The notes under the pieces: model-generated
Told to the model about the DNA's origin: nothing
Databases searched by the model: none
What the model saw: only the letters and a program-made list of their open reading frames with translations
Shown here: positions 55,318 through 64,000 of the stretch, one piece after another
Position numbering within the stretch: the stretch's first letter is position 1
How the letters are laid out: each line of letters opens with the position of its first letter
Translations under genes and position numbers: made by a program
Source: a bacterium
GTDB taxonomy: Bacteria; SZUA-182; DTGQ01
Direction: 5' to 3'
Assembly: GCA_040755755.1 (NCBI GenBank)
Contig: JBFLZW010000031.1
Location: 64,561-128,560 of the forward strand
DNA: 64,000 nucleotides

Positions 55318-57054
55318 TTAGAAAAATTCCGGGAATTTAGAGCTCATTTCTCTCAAGACAAATTCCTCGATTTCTTTGGCCGTCGAGAAAGACATGGCCT
55401 TGTAGGCAAGCTCCGTAGCCTGCTCCAGCCGGACGGAACGGACAATCTGCTTGATGATCGGGATCGAAGCCGTGTTCATGCTGAACTCATCCAGCTCCAA
55501 CCCTAACAGAATCAAAGTCGATAGCGGATCCCCTGCCATTTCTCCGCACATCCCTACCGGGATGCCCTCGGAGTGCCCTGCCTCCACCGTGCGCTTGATC
55601 AATCGAAGAACAGCCGGGTGCAGCGGCTCATACAGGTAGGCCACATGCTCGTTTCCCCGGTCGATGGCGATGGAATACTGGATCAGATCGTTGGTGCCGA
55701 TGCTGAAAAAATCTGCCTCCTTGGCCAGCAGGTCAGCGGTAATTGAAGCCGAGGGGATTTCGATCATTACGCCGACCGGGATGTCCTCGTCAAAATAAAT
55801 TCCCTCCGACGACAACTCGTCCTTGACTTCGGCCAGAATGAGATTGGCCTGCTGGAGTTCCTCGATACCGGAGATCATGGGGTACATGATGCGCAGTTTT
55901 CCATAGGCACTGGCCCGCAGAATTGCCCGCAACTGGAGGCGGAACAGGTCGGAGTGCTTCAGGGAGAACCGGATGGCGCGAAGGCCCAACACAGGGTTCG
56001 GCTCATCCATGACGTGCAGCTTGGATTCGATCTTGTCACCTCCAAGATCCAGGGTGCGGATAGTTGCCTGTCGGGGACTCACCTGCTCAGCCAGCCGCTT
56101 GTAGACACGGAAATGGTCTTCCTCCGTGGGTAATTTGGGGCTGTTCATATAGAAAAACTCGGTCCGGTACAATCCGATCCCTTCCGCTCCCCGGCTCAGT
56201 ACATGGGGAATATCATCCAGGAATTCGATATTGGCCATGATTTCTATTTTATATCCATCCAGGGTTTCGGCCGGCTGGTCAGTATATTTCAAAAGCTCCT
56301 GAATGACATATTTGAATCTGCGCTGCTTTTCCAGATAATCGCGAAACTCTTCCGGGGTCGGTTTGACGATAACCACCCCATCGGTCCCATCGATGATGAT
56401 CGGATCTCCGGTCTTGACAAAGGTGCAGATGTTCTCCAGACCTACCACTGCCGGGATTTCCAGCGAACGGGCCATAATGGCCGTATGTGAAGTCCGGGCC
56501 CCAAGGTCCGTGGCGAAGCCGATTACCCTCCCCCGGTGCATCTGAGCGGTATCGGCTGGTGACAAATCGTGGGCAACAACGATAACATCCTCCTCAAACC
56601 CGTCGAGGCTCCTCATTTTTTCCCCTACCAGGTTATGCAGGATCCTTTGCCCTACGTGTTCGATGTCACTTTTGCGCTCCTTCATGTACGGATCTTCGAT
56701 CTGGTCAAAAATATTGGCGAACCGGGTCAATACCTTTCGTAATGCCCACTCGGCATTGACCCGTTCTTCCCTGACGATATTTATGGCTTCATTAACCAGC
56801 ATCTCATCTTCGAGAATAAGAATGTGGACATCCACGATATGAGCATGCCCCTGGTCACCAAGGTCGTGGGTGAGTTTCTCCTTTACCTGCAAGAGCTGCT
56901 CGCGGGATTTTTGCAGGGCATCCATGAATCGGGCGACTTCTTCCTCGACCATGTCACCAGCGATGGTAAATTTTTCAACCTTGATTTTTCTTCTATCCAG
57001 TAAAAAAGCTTTACCGATGCTGATGCCTGGTGATACCCCTACTCCTTTCAGCAT
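55318..57054 (-). CDS. ptsI: phosphoenolpyruvate-protein phosphotransferase (PTS Enzyme I)
   Basis: Phospho-His region GARTSHTAIMARSL and a PEP-utilising C-terminus (CGEMAGD). 578 aa. Confidence 0.95.
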   Translation of the reverse strand: MLKGVGVSPGISIGKAFLLDRRKIKVEKFTIAGDMVEEEVARFMDALQKSREQLLQVKEKLTHDLGDQGHAHIVDVHILILEDEMLVNEAINIVREERVNAEWALRKVLTRFANIFDQIEDPYMKERKSDIEHVGQRILHNLVGEKMRSLDGFEEDVIVVAHDLSPADTAQMHRGRVIGFATDLGARTSHTAIMARSLEIPAVVGLENICTFVKTGDPIIIDGTDGVVIVKPTPEEFRDYLEKQRRFKYVIQELLKYTDQPAETLDGYKIEIMANIEFLDDIPHVLSRGAEGIGLYRTEFFYMNSPKLPTEEDHFRVYKRLAEQVSPRQATIRTLDLGGDKIESKLHVMDEPNPVLGLRAIRFSLKHSDLFRLQLRAILRASAYGKLRIMYPMISGIEELQQANLILAEVKDELSSEGIYFDEDIPVGVMIEIPSASITADLLAKEADFFSIGTNDLIQYSIAIDRGNEHVAYLYEPLHPAVLRLIKRTVEAGHSEGIPVGMCGEMAGDPLSTLILLGLELDEFSMNTASIPIIKQIVRSVRLEQATELAYKAMSFSTAKEIEEFVLREMSSKFPEFF

Positions 57055-57106
57055 TAAAAATCAGCCTCCCTGCTTTGACCTCAATCTTGAGGTAAGAATC
57101 CAGAAT

Positions 57107-57173
57107 CCAGGAGTCAGAAGTCAGAAGTCAGAATAAATACTCTTTTCTCCTGGCTCCTGACTCCTGACTCCTG
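57107..57173. repeat. intercistronic imperfect hairpin built from heptamer repeats ((GTCAGAA)3 ... (TCCTGAC)3) between ptsH and ptsI, followed by a T-run on the plus strand
   Basis: Arms are ccaggagtcagaagtcagaagtcagaa and ttctcctggctcctgactcctgactcctg. Mismatches are A/C on the plus strand, which become G.U pairs on the minus-strand transcript. Confidence 0.5.
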
Positions 57174-57179
57174 TCTTTT

Positions 57180-57449
57180 TTAATTTTTTTCCCCGAATTT
57201 ATCTTCAATCAGTTCTATCAGCTTTGTCAGAAGCTCCTGCGCATCGGAACCATTCACATCGACCAACAGCTCACTGCCCAGTGGAGCATCCAGGGTCAAT
57301 ATTCCGAGGAGGCTTTTCCCATTGGCCGTAACGTCCCCTTTCTGAATGGTTATTTCTGAAGTATACTTATTGGCCAGATTGACAATCTGACTGGCAGCTC
57401 GTGCATGTAAGCCCAACTTATTTTTAATAAATACTGTCTGCTTTGGCAT
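57180..57449 (-). CDS. ptsH: phosphocarrier protein HPr
   Basis: His15 motif GLHARAA and Ser46 region GKSLLG. 89 aa. Confidence 0.95.
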   Translation of the reverse strand: MPKQTVFIKNKLGLHARAASQIVNLANKYTSEITIQKGDVTANGKSLLGILTLDAPLGSELLVDVNGSDAQELLTKLIELIEDKFGEKN

Positions 57450-57512
57450 ATCTTCCCCCGGCAGATTGACGAGCGGATGAGAACCACAAAGAGAGAATGT
57501 TATACTTTATAC

Positions 57513-58298
57513 CTATATGATATTCAATAATCCTAACAAGATACAAGTGCTGCTGGTAATAAGCAATACTTTAATCAAGGTAATCTTTCGACGAAAAAGC
57601 TCTGAAATTACGAGAACTCCGAACAGTAATCCCAGCTTGTCCAGTGCACTGCGCCATGGCCACACTGGTTTACAATCCCATTTTATCACAACTGGGATCA
57701 TCGCTCCAAGAACAATCATCAGAAAAGATTTCAGATAAGCGCTGTATCGGAATAAATCGTACTTTCGAATCCTTTCCACAATTCTCCTCTCAAGAACATA
57801 ACCCTGCCAAAAGCCGAAAAATTTTACGTAGAAGTGAGGGATATTGTAGATGAGAAGGAAGGCAAGGGGAGCATATTCCCAGCCGGCCAGGGCCAGAGCG
57901 GCAGCCAGGACGCCAAGGAACGGCCGCCAGGAAGCCCAGAAAAAAGAATCCCCCAAAGCGCCCATCGGCCCCATCATTGCCTTTTTAAACGTCAGGATGT
58001 CTTCTGTCCGGATACCTTCGCCCTGAGCATGTTTTTCCTCCATTTTAATAATAGCCCCCAGAACAAAAGAGGCCATATAGGGGTGGGAATTGTAGAACTC
58101 AAGATGCCGCAGCAGGGCTGCCTCCCGTTCTTTCCGGTCCGGGTAAATTCTCCGGAGGGCAGGAAGAGCGGAAAAGGTAAAACCGAGATTTTGCATTTTC
58201 CTGAAATTCCAGCTCCCCTGGAAGATAAACGAACGAAAAACAACCCGGAGTAAATCGACCTTCCGCAGGCAGACAGCGCTTTGTGTACGTGATTTCAC
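57513..58298 (-). CDS. PTS mannose/fructose/sorbose-family IID component
   Basis: ManZ-like membrane protein, 261 aa. Confidence 0.85.
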   Translation of the reverse strand: MKSRTQSAVCLRKVDLLRVVFRSFIFQGSWNFRKMQNLGFTFSALPALRRIYPDRKEREAALLRHLEFYNSHPYMASFVLGAIIKMEEKHAQGEGIRTEDILTFKKAMMGPMGALGDSFFWASWRPFLGVLAAALALAGWEYAPLAFLLIYNIPHFYVKFFGFWQGYVLERRIVERIRKYDLFRYSAYLKSFLMIVLGAMIPVVIKWDCKPVWPWRSALDKLGLLFGVLVISELFRRKITLIKVLLITSSTCILLGLLNII

Positions 58299-58299
58299 A

Positions 58300-59085
58300 T
58301 TACCCCCTGCTCCACTTTCCCTTTATGGATTCCTTCAATCCATACAGCACACTCAGAAGGAGGGACGGGACCCCAAAGGCCATCCAGCACGGAAGAGGCC
58401 AGAGAGAGGAAAGCAGTGTGGCCAACAGAAAGCTCAAGGCAAACAGCCAGTACATATCTTTACTGCGAAAGGCATCGAAGAGCAGGGCGATGCCAATCAT
58501 CGGATAGGCAAAATACAAAAGCTTTAATCCACGATATAATCCCGGGGGAAATAAGGGGGCAATCCGCTGGAGAAGCGGGACGGTAATGAGCAGACTTATC
58601 AGGCACAGGCTGAATGAGCGAAGATAGAACAACCCGATCCCGCTGAAGTGGAGAAGATCGATTTTCCTTGATGTTTTTCCCGTGACCGCTGCCTGGACCT
58701 GATCGCAGATCCTGCCATTGGCCTTTCTGACCAGGATGCTCACCCGCTGGGCAAGGATCGAGAAGGGGATCGCCAATAAAATGGCCAGGCTGATCAGGGA
58801 CTCGCGGGAGCCTGGAAAAAATGGCCCGGCCAAAAGGCAGATTCCGGCAGCAATAACTGCTGCCATCGATCCGTCCAGGGGGACTGAACATCCGATCGGC
58901 AAAAGGTAAACCATCATAAGCTCAAGGAATGCCCCTATCACCAGTCCGGCATGCAAATCTCCAAACATCCATCCAAGCAGAGGAGCAGCCACAACCGGCT
59001 GCGAAATCATTATTTGAGTCAGCGAAACATCATCTAAATTTATCAGCCCGCCGATGAGACTGATTTCAAGGATTTGCTGAATCAC
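58300..59085 (-). CDS. PTS mannose/fructose/sorbose-family IIC component
   Basis: ManY-like polytopic membrane protein, 261 aa. Its stop is 2 bp before the IID start. Confidence 0.85.
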   Translation of the reverse strand: MIQQILEISLIGGLINLDDVSLTQIMISQPVVAAPLLGWMFGDLHAGLVIGAFLELMMVYLLPIGCSVPLDGSMAAVIAAGICLLAGPFFPGSRESLISLAILLAIPFSILAQRVSILVRKANGRICDQVQAAVTGKTSRKIDLLHFSGIGLFYLRSFSLCLISLLITVPLLQRIAPLFPPGLYRGLKLLYFAYPMIGIALLFDAFRSKDMYWLFALSFLLATLLSSLWPLPCWMAFGVPSLLLSVLYGLKESIKGKWSRG

Positions 59086-59120
59086 CCTAACCTCTTAATC
59101 CTGAGCCTTGCATTGATTTA

Positions 59121-59160
59121 AGTGGTCAGTGGCCAGTAATTAGTGACCAGTGGTCAGTAA
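59121..59160. repeat. GTGGTCA/GTGACCA heptamer-based repeat block in IIC-GH57 intergenic region
   Basis: Reads gtggtcagtggccagtaattagtgaccagtggtcagtaa. The same heptamer family occurs at 47448-47493. Confidence 0.5.
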
Positions 59161-59189
59161 AAAACTGATAACTGATACTTCTCTCTTGC

Positions 59190-61367
59190 CTAGTTATGGC
59201 TGTAATTGGAAACCTGCATCCGGAAGCGGCAGGTCCATCCCTCCCCTGCGGCTAAGTTGATATCCCAGTAGGGAAGGATAACCGAGCTCTGATAAACTCT
59301 TTCAAACCCTGATTCAGAATTTGAGGCGGTTTCGATCGGGAATCTCCAGATGCCGGGGTAGTCAGCAAAATCGAAAGAGACAATCAGACCAAGGGCTTCA
59401 TCCACCAGTTGAATCTGCTCGACCTGCTCCAGGGTTCCCCAACTGGCCAGTTGCCGATCCTTGAGGGCAATGCCGGGTACTTGATAATACCTGTCCGCAC
59501 TTCGTCCGGCCAGAAGGTTCACATTGAATTCTACTCCGAATCGGCATCGAACGGTCGATTTCCCTAAATTGACCAGTTGATACTCGAAAGCTAATTCCGA
59601 TTTATCTGCCTGAACCCTCACCGCTTTTTCAACGCGGAATGGGATATGCTCTCCATCGATCAGCAGGGAACCATCCCGGGAAAGAATAAGGTGGAGCATG
59701 TCCTGAGTCGATTGAAGTTGCTGTTTCTGGTAATTTCCGGTAATAAAATCCCCATATTCCTGATGTTGTAACCGGCTGAACTCCTTGAGTGTGGTGACAG
59801 GAGGGAAGAAATGATCGAGCAGGCAGTTGCGGGCATATTGATCATAATAAAGCAGCTCAGCCAGATCCTTTTCCTTGCTGACCGTAATCTCATGGATGCT
59901 CTTTACCCCATAGCTGTCATCCTGATCCACTCCTATGTGTGCTCCCTGCTGCAGTTTCTGGTGATACGTTTCCCGTCTGCGCATGAGAGAGTTGATCAGG
60001 TTAAAGGCTTTTGGCCGGTAGTCCAGTTCGTTGATCGTGCCCCCTGCGTCCATGTCAAGCCAGAACATCAGACTGGATGTTTTGACCAGGATTTCCTCTC
60101 TTCCGTCGCCATCCATGTCCACTGGCAGGCAATCGATCCAGCTCTCCGTCGGATGAAGCCGCTCATCGATGATGTTCTCTGCCTTGATCAGGTGATTATA
60201 GACTCCATCCCGCAAATGCGGGAGGTAGAGCCCGCCAAAAAGGCCGTGCCAGTAAGCATCATTGCATTGGCCTTTCCAGAGCTCATCCCGTGCCCGATCC
60301 AGCCATTGCTGAGAAGAATCCGCGGATGCCCCTTTACTCTGATACTGTTCGATCTGCTTACTCACCCAGAGCATTTTCTGATAGAGGTTGTTGCTCTCCG
60401 AATACTTGCTCAAAAAGTTGCGCCAGAAACCTCCCTTGACAAAGGGTTTGGCTCTCTGAGGGAACTCTTTGGTATTACTGATCATTCTTTCCAGAGCAAT
60501 AAATTCCTCCGCCGTCTGGATCGGCAGTGCCCACTCCTCCATCTCCGAATACGAGGCGGTCGGCAAATAAACTTTTCCCAGCGGAGGAAACTTGTCCACA
60601 TATTCGCCGTAAGTTATTGTTTCAAGAACATCCTGATTTTCTTCAACCAGGCTGAAGAACTGATCCAGCCAGCCCTGATTATAAACCAGATCATAGGTAC
60701 CCGGCCAGACACCGAATTTTTCTCCGTCATCGGCCATAACCCGCAGATTCCCCCTCCCCCGGTTTTCATGCAGCAGATAATCGATCGTCATCCGGGGGGA
60801 TTTAAATGGAATCGTATATCGCAGATACTTGCTGCCGGGGAAGACTTTCAGCAGGTTTCCCTGCTCCTCGGTAAGGTAATAACCCCACAGTTCCTCTTCA
60901 CGAATGCCGGCGGATCGAAAATGCAGGTCATCTACCGCCAGATACTCAATTTCAGCCTCTCGAATGTAGCGCACCAGATGCGGCTCCCACACCCGCTCGG
61001 CCAGCCACATGCCCCTCGGTGTGGTATGAAAGCGTTCTTTGAGAAACCGGTTCAATTTTTTAATCTGGCCAACCTTATCCACATCCGGGAGAATCGGTAA
61101 AATCGGTTCATAATAGCCGCCGCTCAATAATTCTACCTGTCCCCGCTCGATCATGTCAGCCACGATATCCAAAAGAGGAGAGGATTTTTCCAAAAACCAG
61201 TTCCAGAGTGTTCCTGAATAGTGGAGACTTATCTTGATTCCGGGATGTCTTTTCAACACCTCCCAAAAGGGAAAATATGCTTTCTGGTAACATCCTTCGA
61301 AAACAAAATCAAAGTTTCCTATCGGCTGGTGATTATGAATTCCCAAAATAAGGTATTGTTTTTCCAA
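59190..61367 (-). CDS. glycoside hydrolase family 57 protein (alpha-amylase/4-alpha-glucanotransferase-like)
   Basis: N-terminal GH57 signature ILGIHNHQPIGNFD... plus the characteristic C-terminal domains. 725 aa. Confidence 0.85.
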   Translation of the reverse strand: MEKQYLILGIHNHQPIGNFDFVFEGCYQKAYFPFWEVLKRHPGIKISLHYSGTLWNWFLEKSSPLLDIVADMIERGQVELLSGGYYEPILPILPDVDKVGQIKKLNRFLKERFHTTPRGMWLAERVWEPHLVRYIREAEIEYLAVDDLHFRSAGIREEELWGYYLTEEQGNLLKVFPGSKYLRYTIPFKSPRMTIDYLLHENRGRGNLRVMADDGEKFGVWPGTYDLVYNQGWLDQFFSLVEENQDVLETITYGEYVDKFPPLGKVYLPTASYSEMEEWALPIQTAEEFIALERMISNTKEFPQRAKPFVKGGFWRNFLSKYSESNNLYQKMLWVSKQIEQYQSKGASADSSQQWLDRARDELWKGQCNDAYWHGLFGGLYLPHLRDGVYNHLIKAENIIDERLHPTESWIDCLPVDMDGDGREEILVKTSSLMFWLDMDAGGTINELDYRPKAFNLINSLMRRRETYHQKLQQGAHIGVDQDDSYGVKSIHEITVSKEKDLAELLYYDQYARNCLLDHFFPPVTTLKEFSRLQHQEYGDFITGNYQKQQLQSTQDMLHLILSRDGSLLIDGEHIPFRVEKAVRVQADKSELAFEYQLVNLGKSTVRCRFGVEFNVNLLAGRSADRYYQVPGIALKDRQLASWGTLEQVEQIQLVDEALGLIVSFDFADYPGIWRFPIETASNSESGFERVYQSSVILPYWDINLAAGEGWTCRFRMQVSNYSHN

Positions 61368-61426
61368 AATCTATCTCCATCAAAAGTATGAGATACCGTC
61401 AATCTGGCTTTGGCCAGGCTTTGATT

Positions 61427-61921
61427 TTACTTGCGCCCGATTAACTTCTGGTACAGGGGAATGTCCTGCAAATCGATCTGCTTATCCTGAGGGAGAGCAC
61501 GCAAATCCAAATGAACCCCGCTTTTCTGAATGTCCACCAGGTAGGAAGCCTCCTCTGCCTTAATTGCTATGTTGCTCTGAATCTCTATCTCTCCGGAATG
61601 AACACACCCCAGGTTCACTTCCCGGATTGGAAAACCCAGATCCAGGGACCTTTTGAAGTCCTTCAATTTGGAAAACAGGACGATAACATTTTTGTCCGGC
61701 AAATCGTGGCTGAGACATTTTTCTACGGTCAGGGCAATACTGTAAGCTTCTACCTTGATATTTTCCGGTACGGCAAGTTTCATGACTTCCAACCGAAGCT
61801 CATCTTTTTCAACTTCATCATCAGCAACAATAATCATGCTTGCCTTCAGGAATTTCGCCCATCCGACAATCACTTGGCCGTGAATTAATCTTTCATCGAT
61901 CCGTACTAAAACTATCGGCAT
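61427..61921 (-). CDS. PTS mannose-family IIB component
   Basis: Phospho-His region VRIDERLIHGQV. 164 aa. Confidence 0.9.
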   Translation of the reverse strand: MPIVLVRIDERLIHGQVIVGWAKFLKASMIIVADDEVEKDELRLEVMKLAVPENIKVEAYSIALTVEKCLSHDLPDKNVIVLFSKLKDFKRSLDLGFPIREVNLGCVHSGEIEIQSNIAIKAEEASYLVDIQKSGVHLDLRALPQDKQIDLQDIPLYQKLIGRK

Positions 61922-62003
61922 AAATGTATCTACACTTTGTTAAAAAATGAACTAACCGGGGAAAGGGGGTTCTGGACTCAAAGCTTACTGCCAGTACCTG
62001 CCC

Positions 62004-62441
62004 CTATAATTTAACTTTTTTCTCTTCGAGTTTCTTGTTTAAGAGGTCACTGGCGATAATAATCTTTTCCCGACCGTAGATAAAGACGGTCTCTTTGATT
62101 TCCTCCAGGCAGTGCCCTTCACGATACGTAGCCAGCTTTAACAGCATGGGAAGGTTCACGCCCGTAACAACCTCGATACGCTTCGTGGACAAAAAGGATA
62201 AGCTCAGGTTTGAGGGACTTCCTCCGAACATATCCGTTAAAATCAAAACTCCCGAACCGGAATCCACCGCTTCGATGGCTTTCTGTATATCGTGCATCGC
62301 CTGCTCTACCCCGTTTCTCGAATCTACTGAAACGGCCTTCATTTTCGGAAGCGAACCGACAATAAGCTCAGAGCTTTTCAGCAGCTCTTCCGCCAGGTTC
62401 CCGTGAGCGACGATAACTACTCCCACCATGTTATTTTCCAT
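62004..62441 (-). CDS. PTS mannose-family IIA component
   Basis: VGVVIVAHGNLAEEL contains the phospho-His. 145 aa. Confidence 0.9.
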   Translation of the reverse strand: MENNMVGVVIVAHGNLAEELLKSSELIVGSLPKMKAVSVDSRNGVEQAMHDIQKAIEAVDSGSGVLILTDMFGGSPSNLSLSFLSTKRIEVVTGVNLPMLLKLATYREGHCLEEIKETVFIYGREKIIIASDLLNKKLEEKKVKL

Positions 62442-62466
62442 TTTGTCCTCACTTAAGTAGTAAAGC

Positions 62467-63426
62467 TCAAATAAGTTTGGCCTTGGATTTTTTGCTCAGT
62501 ATATCGATCACCTTCTGATCAAAGTCACGGGCTGAGTAATAACCGCTTTCCTTTAAGAGCTGATTTCGGGCTGCAACCTCAATAATAATGGCCATGTTTC
62601 TCCCCGGAGCTACCGGCATTTTAATTAACGGCACCTCAACTCCCAGGATATTCACCGTACTTTCCTTCAGCCCCAGTCGATCATACTCATACTCTTTTTT
62701 CCACTCTTCCATCACTACCGCAAGCTCTATCTTTTTTCGGTAACGGACAGCAGCCACTCCAAAGAGGTCTTTAATGTTGATGATTCCAAGGCCCCGCAGC
62801 TCCATATGATAGCGGATCATCTCCGGGCCGCTGCCAATCAGCACGTCAGGGGGCAGCAGTTTGATGTTGACCATGTCATCCGAAATCAACCGATGTCCTC
62901 GAACAATAAGGTCCAGCGCGCATTCACTCTTACCGATGCTGCTCTTGCCAAGCAGGAGAACTCCCCGTCCGTAGATGTCCATCAGAACACCATGAATGCT
63001 CGTTTCCAGGGCTAACTTCTCTTCCATGTAAGTTGAAATCTGACGGATAAAAATCGAACTTTGGAGACTGGATTGCAATATGGGGATTTTATACTTGTTT
63101 CCTACCGAAATCAGCTCCGGCGGCGGCAGCATGCTCTTGGTGAGAATAAAGCAGGAAATAGGTATTTGGCAAATAGCCTCTAAGACTTCCTGACGACGCT
63201 CACTGGAGAGGGTGTCCATAAAGGACACTTCGGTACTTCCTAAGACCTGGACCCGTTCTGCCCGTATCTGGGCAAAATACCCTGCCAGCGCCAGCCCCGG
63301 TTTTTGAATGCGAGGGGAGGTAATCTTGCGGTCGAGCCCTTCGTCCCCATTCAGGACTTTCAATTGCAGCCGTTCCGCCTGCTCGTTTACGAGCTCCCGG
63401 ATGGTTAAGCATTTCTGGACGAGCAT
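62467..63426 (-). CDS. hprK: HPr kinase/phosphorylase
   Basis: P-loop GKSSIGKSECALDL and the HprK C-terminal signature. 319 aa. Confidence 0.95.
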   Translation of the reverse strand: MLVQKCLTIRELVNEQAERLQLKVLNGDEGLDRKITSPRIQKPGLALAGYFAQIRAERVQVLGSTEVSFMDTLSSERRQEVLEAICQIPISCFILTKSMLPPPELISVGNKYKIPILQSSLQSSIFIRQISTYMEEKLALETSIHGVLMDIYGRGVLLLGKSSIGKSECALDLIVRGHRLISDDMVNIKLLPPDVLIGSGPEMIRYHMELRGLGIINIKDLFGVAAVRYRKKIELAVVMEEWKKEYEYDRLGLKESTVNILGVEVPLIKMPVAPGRNMAIIIEVAARNQLLKESGYYSARDFDQKVIDILSKKSKAKLI

Positions 63427-63436
63427 TCTTGCGTGT

Positions 63437-63904
63437 TTATCCTATAACGTCTTTTTCTTCATCGGCAATGGCCTGGTAAATGTCTCTGCCACTTTTAGCC
63501 TGCATTAATGCCTCTCGGAAGGTTGTTTTTTTCAGGAGCCGGGAAATTCTGGCCAGTATCTTCAGATGCAAAGGCGCCGAATTCTCCGGTGCCAGAAACA
63601 GAAAGAAGAGGTGAGCGGGCTTATTATCCAGAGATTCGAAATTGATTCCCTTTCGTGACCGTCCGAAAGCGGCCACCAGCGTTTTTATGTCACTGAATTT
63701 GGCATGGGGAATGGCCACGCCGTCCCCTATCCCGGTACTGCCCAGCTTTTCTCTCTCCAGTAAAACCTCCAGAGCCTTATCAGCATTCCGTACCTGGTTG
63801 TTATTAACCAGAAGTTGAACTAATTCCCTGAGCACCCCCATCTTGGTTTCAGCTTTGAGATCTGCTTCAATAACCTCCTCCGGCAAATAATCCAAGACCC
63901 TCAT
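63437..63904 (-). CDS. ptsN: PTS IIA-Ntr-type protein (PtsN)
   Basis: EIIA fructose/nitrogen fold with active-site His (GVAIPHAK). 155 aa. Confidence 0.85.
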   Translation of the reverse strand: MRVLDYLPEEVIEADLKAETKMGVLRELVQLLVNNNQVRNADKALEVLLEREKLGSTGIGDGVAIPHAKFSDIKTLVAAFGRSRKGINFESLDNKPAHLFFLFLAPENSAPLHLKILARISRLLKKTTFREALMQAKSGRDIYQAIADEEKDVIG

Positions 63905-64000
63905 AAAATTCCCTCCATTACGCGGACCATATCACTCTCTCACTGGAGCTCAGGCTCAATCAGTACCACTTTATCATCTTTAGACCGGTAAATTACACTG

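Noticed and set aside
59811-61100. 429-aa plus-strand ORF inside the GH57 gene
   Set aside because: It is antisense to a GH57 gene that has the N-terminal HQP signature and the full domain set. It has no features of its own.

Overview
This 64 kb window is chromosomal DNA, roughly mid-50s % GC, apparently from an anaerobic, sigma-54-rich bacterium with a deltaproteobacterial feel; that placement is an inference and no search was run. Coordinates for non-ORF features were counted by eye and may be off by 1-2 bp.

Genes identified, in order along the window:
- Partial FAD-dependent oxidoreductase C-terminus, running off the window start.
- A PAS/sigma-54 activator with a -24/-12 promoter in front of a nifX-like gene.
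- An overlapping patatin, DUF1232 and TPR gene trio on the minus strand.
- A complete GlgE alpha-glucan pathway block (glgE, a treS-maltokinase fusion, glgB), followed by nfi, galU, lon and an archaeal-type nicotinate phosphoribosyltransferase.
- A 613 bp non-autonomous IS5-family element with intact inverted ends and a CTAG target duplication.
- A selenocysteine operon (selA, selB) translationally coupled to a B12-binding radical SAM gene.
- A sensor-less sigma-54 activator divergent from an orphan specialised NusG paralog, with three related palindromes between them.
- tsaD.
- A minus-strand operon yibQ, ctpA, envC-like M23 peptidase, ftsX, ftsE and a split transketolase.
- A KH-domain protein, mazG, a CIRCE operator with hrcA and grpE, and rsmE.
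- A Tyr/Thr/Pro-rich secreted protein of unknown function.
- A Ser/Thr signalling cluster: double-FHA protein, PP2C phosphatase, trypsin-like protease, a PEGA-domain kinase, and two proteins carrying paralogous LpoB/CsgG-like periplasmic domains.
- A mosaic region holding a RelE-like TA pair, two homologous IS4-like transposase C-terminal remnants, a retropepsin-like protease, sufC and sufB/D, a low-GC segment and a tRNA-Thr(CGT).
- A PTS supercluster (ptsN, hprK, mannose-type IIA, IIB, IIC, IID, HPr, EI) with a GH57 glycoside hydrolase sitting between IIB and IIC.

I also found three further TA pairs (two VapBC, one degraded), a family of dispersed heptamer repeats and hairpins, a 25 bp perfect inverted repeat, and REP-like hairpins.

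I see no single obvious novel system. The strongest candidates for follow-up are the orphan NusG paralog with its palindromic operators next to a PspF-like activator, the selAB operon coupled to the radical SAM gene, the glycoside hydrolase embedded in the PTS operon, the low-complexity secreted protein, and the kinase cluster with duplicated LpoB/CsgG-like domains.
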